From Eledone cirrhosa (taxonomy: Eukaryota): 64,000 nucleotides of DNA. The stretch lies in the NCBI GenBank assembly GCA_964016885.1, contig OZ024742.1, forward strand, positions 351,974,001 to 352,038,000. The letters are read 5' to 3'. The position numbers were made by a program, and so were the translations under genes. This document shows, one piece after another, positions 57,231 through 64,000 of the stretch. The notes beneath the pieces were generated by a model that made no database searches, was not told where the DNA came from, and saw only the letters and a program-made list of their open reading frames with translations. Positions within the stretch are counted from its first letter, which is position 1. Every line of letters begins with the position of its first letter.

Positions 57231-57877
57231 GAGAGAGAGATATATATATTTTGAAATTGATATAATTTTTTGCGGGTGTTTATGTGGTTATGTTTGCTTT
57301 ACTTTTTAAGAAAACTTGTTTAAGAAGTGGTAATATCAACCAAATTTCCTTCTATTTCTTTCAATTGAAACAGAAAATAAAAATAATTATTAAAACACAA
57401 TATTTAGTGACATATATTTTATATTGTATATACTATATATTTATACATATATACATATATACATACACAATTTTCTCTTTTTTTTTCTTTTAATTTAGTA
57501 GTTTCCGGTAAATACTCCTCGTTGCTTGGATAAAACTGATGATGTTAGTCCCCGTGAATGTTCCGTGGTAGTTTGATGCGAAACCGGCTTGCGATATAGA
57601 CCCCAACACATCGTTGTAGAGCGACCTCTAAAAATATCCCACTGTTGGTTTTCAGACACACGTTCATCCAATGACTATCTTACTCTCTCATTCGTTTCCA
57701 CTCTTCAACTCCCTCTCTCTACATCCCTCTCTCTCCAACTCTCTCTTTCACTCTCTCACAGTCGCTCTCTCTCTCTTAATAATTTCCTCTTTTCTCGTCA
57801 CACATTCTATCTCTATCTTTTTCTGTGTCTTTGACGCCAATCTTCCTTACTTATTGCACGATGTAGTTATATACAAC

Positions 57878-57910
<33 letters not shown>

Positions 57911-57983
57911 ATATACATACATACATATAAATACATACATATATATATATACATACATATATATATATGCATATATGAATATA

Positions 57984-58015
<32 letters not shown>

Positions 58016-58271
58016 AATACATACATATATATATAATTATATGCATATATATATATATATATGTATATTTATATATTACACTTTCATTCAGATAATATAT
58101 ATTTATTCTTCTCTATCTGTACATACGTCTGTTACACTGTCCCCCGTCTTCTATACCACACATACTGCCAGACTCGCATGAACGCACGACCCATATATAT
58201 ATTTTTGTACAGAGTTCGATACATATATAATATACATATACACACACACACACACTCACATATATATATAT

Positions 58272-58432
58272 ATAACAAATGAAATGTGGTAAGGAACCAG
58301 ATGGACCATAACGCACCAGAATACTCAATACTTAGTGTAGTAGAGTGGGAATAGGAAAAAAGTATGACCCCGACGACAGAGCTCAAGCCGTTTCGACGGC
58401 TTTTTCTGGACGAAATACCCGCTTCTTTTTCC
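58272..58432. mobile_element. 'AGGAACCAG' family copy
   Basis: ggtaaggaaccagatggaccataacgcacc..gaccccgacgacagagctcaagccgtttcgacggc. Confidence 0.78.
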
Positions 58433-58433
58433 C

Positions 58434-58464
<31 letters not shown>

Positions 58465-58472
58465 CATATATA

Positions 58473-58685
58473 TATGAATGAGTATTAGAGAGAGCACGAA
58501 GGAACATACGAGGGAAATATTTCACGGTACTATATGCTGTTTGTGTCATATATGCATGTGTACGTGTGTATGTCTGTGTGCATATGTTGGTATTAGTGTG
58601 CACTTGTTAGGTGAAATCTACTCTAGAATCCTACACTATCACACACAGACACATTCAAATACATATACCACGCTAAAAGTGTGCA

Positions 58686-58716
<31 letters not shown>

Positions 58717-58742
58717 TTACATATATACACACACATATATAT

Positions 58743-58789
<47 letters not shown>

Positions 58790-59000
58790 TGCACACTTTT
58801 AGCGTGGTATATGTATTTGAAAGTGTCTGTGTGTGTTAGTGTAGGCTTCCAGAGTAGATTTCACCTAACAAGTGCACACTAATACCAACATATGCACACA
58901 TACATACACACGTACACATGCATATATGACACAAACAGCATATAGTACCGTGAAATATTTCCCTCGTATTTTCCTTCGTTCTCTCTCTAATACTCATTCA
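58473..59000. repeat. Inverted repeat (~215 bp arms) around TA/CA microsatellite
   Basis: atgaatgagtattagagagag..ccacgctaaaagtgtgcata / tatgcacacttttagcgtgg..ctctctctaatactcattca. Confidence 0.85.
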
Positions 59001-59148
59001 TTCTTTCATTCATTGATAGAAATACACACACAGACATACAACCTCACTGTTTATACACTGTTTATATATCCCTCTCTGTCACATATATTCATTCTCTCTT
59101 CCCTGCGTCGCTCTCTCACTAACTATGTATCTCTCTGCTTATCCCTCA

Positions 59149-59186
<38 letters not shown>

Positions 59187-59321
59187 ATCTATGTCTCTCT
59201 CTCGCTCTCTCTCTCTCTGTATATGCTTATATATATGCTTATATATATATATGTATATACGAGTATATATATAAATATATGTATATACATATATATATAT
59301 ATATATACATACATACATATA

Positions 59322-59702
<381 letters not shown>

Positions 59703-60415
59703 ATATATACATATGTATATATATAGAGAGAGAGAGAAAGAGAAAGAGAGAGAGAGTAAGAGAAAGAGAGAGAAAGAGCAATGTTTGTGTGTCTGTGTTT
59801 GTGAGCATGTACACATATATTGTGTATAATATCTCTGTTGCTGTCACTGTTCCCTCTTTCTCCCCCACCCCTCTGACTCTCTCTCAATATATATATATAT
59901 ATATATATAAATACATATATATATATATGTATATATATATATATGTATATAGAAACCTATATATAATATTTAATAAATATCATACACACATATTTATTTA
60001 CATGAACATATCGGGACATGCATATGTACGTATGCTCTCTCACATACAGACACATAATTATGGGCAATTCTTTGATGCATGTTATATTGGAAACCCGTTT
60101 GTGTATCATTTAATATTTTTTTAATTAACGATTTTCATAATTCTGTATTAGTTCTGTGTGTTTGGACAACACATCGCTACTGTCATTTAAATACAGATGA
60201 TGAGGCCGTGAAGTTGTAGCGAAGGTGATAGACTTCCTTTCAAATGAGAAATAGCGGTCTTATATTCTAATAGAAAACATCTTTAATATAAAGAGATCAA
60301 ACTTCAATACGCTCAAGTCGGTCATACACACACACACAGACACACACACACACACACATACACACACACCGGCACGCACACACATATATATATATAAGGG
60401 ATAACAAAATATATT

Positions 60416-60499
<84 letters not shown>

Positions 60500-60659
60500 T
60501 ATATATATATTGTATACATATAGCATAGACATACGAGTATGTGTGTATGTGCATGTTTGTACGTGCAGCAGTGCATGTAGCTGGCGTATCAGCAAACAAG
60601 GAACTTCTATCGTAGAAGTAATTTTACATTCTAACTTTTCTCGTGCACCTTTTCCATTG

Positions 60660-60935
60660 CTCCCCCTCTCATTCGCTCTCTTTATCTCTTTCTCGGTTTC
60701 TCTCTTTCTCTCTTTCTCTCTCTCTCTCTATCTATCTTTCTCTCTCTCTTTCTCTCACTTTCTCTCTCTTTCTCTCTCTCCCCCTTTCATTCGTTCTCCC
60801 TCCCTCTCTCTCGCTCTCCCCCTCTCATTCTCTCTCTTTTTCTCTCTTCCGCTTTCATTCGTTCTCCCCACCTCTACCTCTCCCTCTTATTGCCCTTTTT
60901 CTCTCCCCCTCTCAACTCGCTCTATATTTGTCTCT
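60660..60935. repeat. Polypyrimidine (CT)n-rich tract
   Basis: Direct reading. Confidence 0.85.
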
Positions 60936-61226
60936 ACATATAGAGTACTCACCTATTTGTGGTCACCCCACTCTCAGTAGCGTCGATATGACATTGGCTG
61001 AAATGTTCATCAGCTTACCAAGATACTCTCATGGAATAACCAGTTGACGTTTAGTTGTTGTTGTACTCGTTAGAAAGAAACACACCACGCATTAATAAGA
61101 AACGTTGAAATTAATGCATTCAAGACACACAGAACTACAATCAATCCTTAATAAACTTTGGCTTGAGTAGGTAAAAGAATAATATATATGTATGTATATA
61201 TATATATATATATCCACATACATACT

Positions 61227-61289
<63 letters not shown>

Positions 61290-61305
61290 ATATATATATA
61301 TTATA

Positions 61306-61354
<49 letters not shown>

Positions 61355-61355
<1 letters not shown>

Positions 61356-61556
61356 GTGAGAAAAACCACAGACCCTCCATTTCAACTCACCTTTTGAAAA
61401 GCAGAAGAACTGCGAAACCGGTAAAGGAGCCAAATAAATATGTATATTTAAAAAAAAAATAAGACTTCAGTTGCACTTTCGATTTCATCTCTTTTTCTTT
61501 ATACTTTCACTCGTGTAGAACACCGGTTATTTTTCATTTTGTAAAAAAAACGTCAC

Positions 61557-61563
<7 letters not shown>
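61355..61563 (+). mobile_element. ~210 bp HHR-bearing element (pLTR/retrozyme-like) in (TA)n, copy 1
   Basis: Homologous to 63588-63804 (inverted) and 63807-63948 (direct). Confidence 0.8.
61390..61427 (+). ncRNA. Intact minimal type I hammerhead ribozyme, U3:A8 core
   Basis: CCTT-TTGAAAA-GCAG-aagaa-CTGC-GAAA-CCG-GTA-AAGG: stem I CCUU/AAGG, stem II GCAG/CUGC, palindromic stem III ACCGGU, GUA cleavage site; AATAAA follows. Confidence 0.8.
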
Positions 61564-61616
<53 letters not shown>

Positions 61617-61617
61617 T

Positions 61618-61689
<72 letters not shown>

Positions 61690-61705
61690 CATACACACAT
61701 ATATT

Positions 61706-61768
<63 letters not shown>

Positions 61769-62182
61769 ATTTAATCCTTTACCGACTTCAGTTAATAGAC
61801 TGCACGACCCAGGATTTCACCCCCAAATGCTTGTGTGTTTCAATACGTATATTCAGCATTTTTATATACTGCGTTGCGAAGCAAATAAATCCCCTACTTT
61901 CTATTCTCTGTTATCTTATATAACTAATAGTACAATCACCATCAGATGAAATCATATAAGTCTTGCATCATGATATAATGAAGGATCTCTGTAGTTTTCA
62001 GGGAATATTTAACTCCGTTTCTGCACAAGCCGCCGGACACATCACATTTGGCATGCAACACAACATAAATGGTATACACAGATACATGTCCGTCCCCTCC
62101 CACACACACATATATACATATATCTATATATATATTGTTATACTTGGGGAGGGTTATATTGTAATGATATTACTAGAAATAA

Positions 62183-62252
62183 TTTTTTCTACTTTAGGCA
62201 CAAGGCCAGCAATTACCCAGTTCATTACTGGTACTTTATTTTATCGACCCCG
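62183..62252 (-). mobile_element. SINE 3' fragment
   Basis: tttctactttaggcacaaggccagcaattacccag..actggtactttattttatcgacccc. Confidence 0.8.
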
Positions 62253-63372
62253 TATATATATATATATATATATATATACCGTTCATGAGACATTGTCCAA
62301 CTCGTGGCTATCAGCCAACTATTTTGCCGAATATTCCAGGCACTAGATCGCTCGAAATTGATCGACGAGATACGACTCCTCTCGCTTAATGAGATAGGTG
62401 GAAATCCGACCAAGGAAAAACTGTTTCCATTGGTTTCTATTGCTGATAATATCTATCGGTCGCTCCTCCTGGCATACATAGCAACGTGAAATAAAGTGGC
62501 TTACTCAAGGACATAACGCATCACCCGCTCTGAGAATTGAACTGCCAAACTCAAGGTTGTGAATATAATTATCTAACCACTGATCCAGGCATTGTTAGAA
62601 ATGTACAGGGAAACATGTCGCCGTGAAATTCTCAAAATTACTTTGCCTATATATCCAGAATACTCTCAATCCATAATACTTTATATTTCATACTTTTCTC
62701 CCTTTCTCTCTCGCTCTCTCTTTCTCTCTCAATATTTCTCTCCCTCCCCCTCTCCTCGTCTCTTTCTCACTATCTGTGTCTCACTCTCTCTCTCCTCCTT
62801 TCTCTCGCTGTTTCATTTCATTTCCTCCTAATCTCATAAAAATGCAAACAGATAAATATAATCACAGACACACACACAGAAACAATCACACATGGTAACA
62901 TATCACACACATACACATAAACAAATACACATAAACACATACACATAAACATACACACATAAAAAGGGGCAGAAACCTACGCAAAAACACACATAAATAC
63001 GCACATACTTACACACACACACATGAACACATAACCATACACATACAAACGAAAACAACTCATTCACATATACACAGGAACACATACAAATTCAACACTA
63101 TATACACAGTCCTTCATACACAAATATATGCGAACAGTCATATACATACATATAAATACAGAGGTATACAATTATAACTACAGACACACACACATTAACT
63201 AACAGGCGCTCAAACACACTCAAACACATTTAAATACATACGCATACATGCAATCACACAAATACACACACACATTCTTTCAGAGCAAACATACATGTAC
63301 ACATACACACATACAGCCATGTTGTAAATGGATAATATTTAATATTGCCCAGAATTATATATATATTGATAC

Positions 63373-63435
<63 letters not shown>

Positions 63436-63486
63436 AGAAGCAGGTGAAAGTGAAAATTGAGAGAGACAAAGATGAAAACGAAACAG

Positions 63487-63530
<44 letters not shown>

Positions 63531-63546
63531 ACATGTATATATAAAC

Positions 63547-63594
<48 letters not shown>

Positions 63595-63731
63595 GTGAGG
63601 TTTTTTTTACAAAATGAAAAATAACCGAGGTGTTCTACACGAGTGAAAGTATAAAGAAAAAGAGATGAAATCGAAAATGCAACTGGAGTCTTATTTTTTT
63701 TTTTTTTAAATATATATATTTATTTTGTTCT

Positions 63732-63769
63732 CCTTTACCGGTTTCGCAGTTCTTCTGCTTTTCAAAAGG
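63732..63769 (-). ncRNA. Intact minimal U3:A8 hammerhead (copy 2)
   Basis: Exact reverse complement of 61390-61427. Confidence 0.8.
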
Positions 63770-63839
63770 TGAGTTGAGATGGACCGTCTGTGGTTTTTCT
63801 CACATCTGAGAAAAACCACAGACCCTCCGTCTCAACTCA

Positions 63840-63877
63840 CCTTTTGAAAAGCAGAAGAACTGCGAAACCGGTAAAGG
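63840..63877 (+). ncRNA. Intact minimal U3:A8 hammerhead (copy 3)
   Basis: Identical to 61390-61427. Confidence 0.8.
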
Positions 63878-64000
63878 AACGAAATAAATATATATATTTA
63901 AAAAAAAAATAAGACTCCAGTTGCATTTTCGACTTCATCTCTTTTTCTATATATATATATATATTAGAAAGTGACGTTTTTTTACAAAATGAAAAAAAAA

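Larger units (their letters stand above)
63588..64000. mobile_element. Head-to-head palindromic dimer of the HHR element, plus start of a further inverted copy at 63964
   Basis: Axis at 63803-63806 (ttttctca-catc-tgagaaaa). Confidence 0.82.

Overview
AT-rich, microsatellite-saturated eukaryotic non-coding DNA, probably intronic or intergenic. The dominant tRNA-derived CORE-type SINE and the repeat spectrum suggest an octopod cephalopod (inference). I recognise no host protein-coding gene, and almost all ORFs in the track are translations of simple repeats. Recognisable coding remnants are all from non-LTR retrotransposons: two L1/Tx1 3' ends, one RTE, one CR1, three stacked R4/Dong (RLE) copies in a (TTA)n tract, plus fainter RT and GIY-YIG traces. 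There are about 18 SINE copies and two copies of a piggyBac-type TTAA MITE. The most striking layer is a dense set of short fold-back and inverted-repeat elements, mostly in (TA)n tracts. They carry type I hammerhead ribozyme (HHR) motifs from several unrelated families and look like Penelope-like-element pseudo-LTRs. These include three identical, apparently intact minimal HHRs with the compensatory U3:A8 core and HHRs with ~100-nt stem II extensions. Several palindromes have their symmetry axis at or just 5' of the ribozyme core. All structures were read by eye; none was computed or searched.
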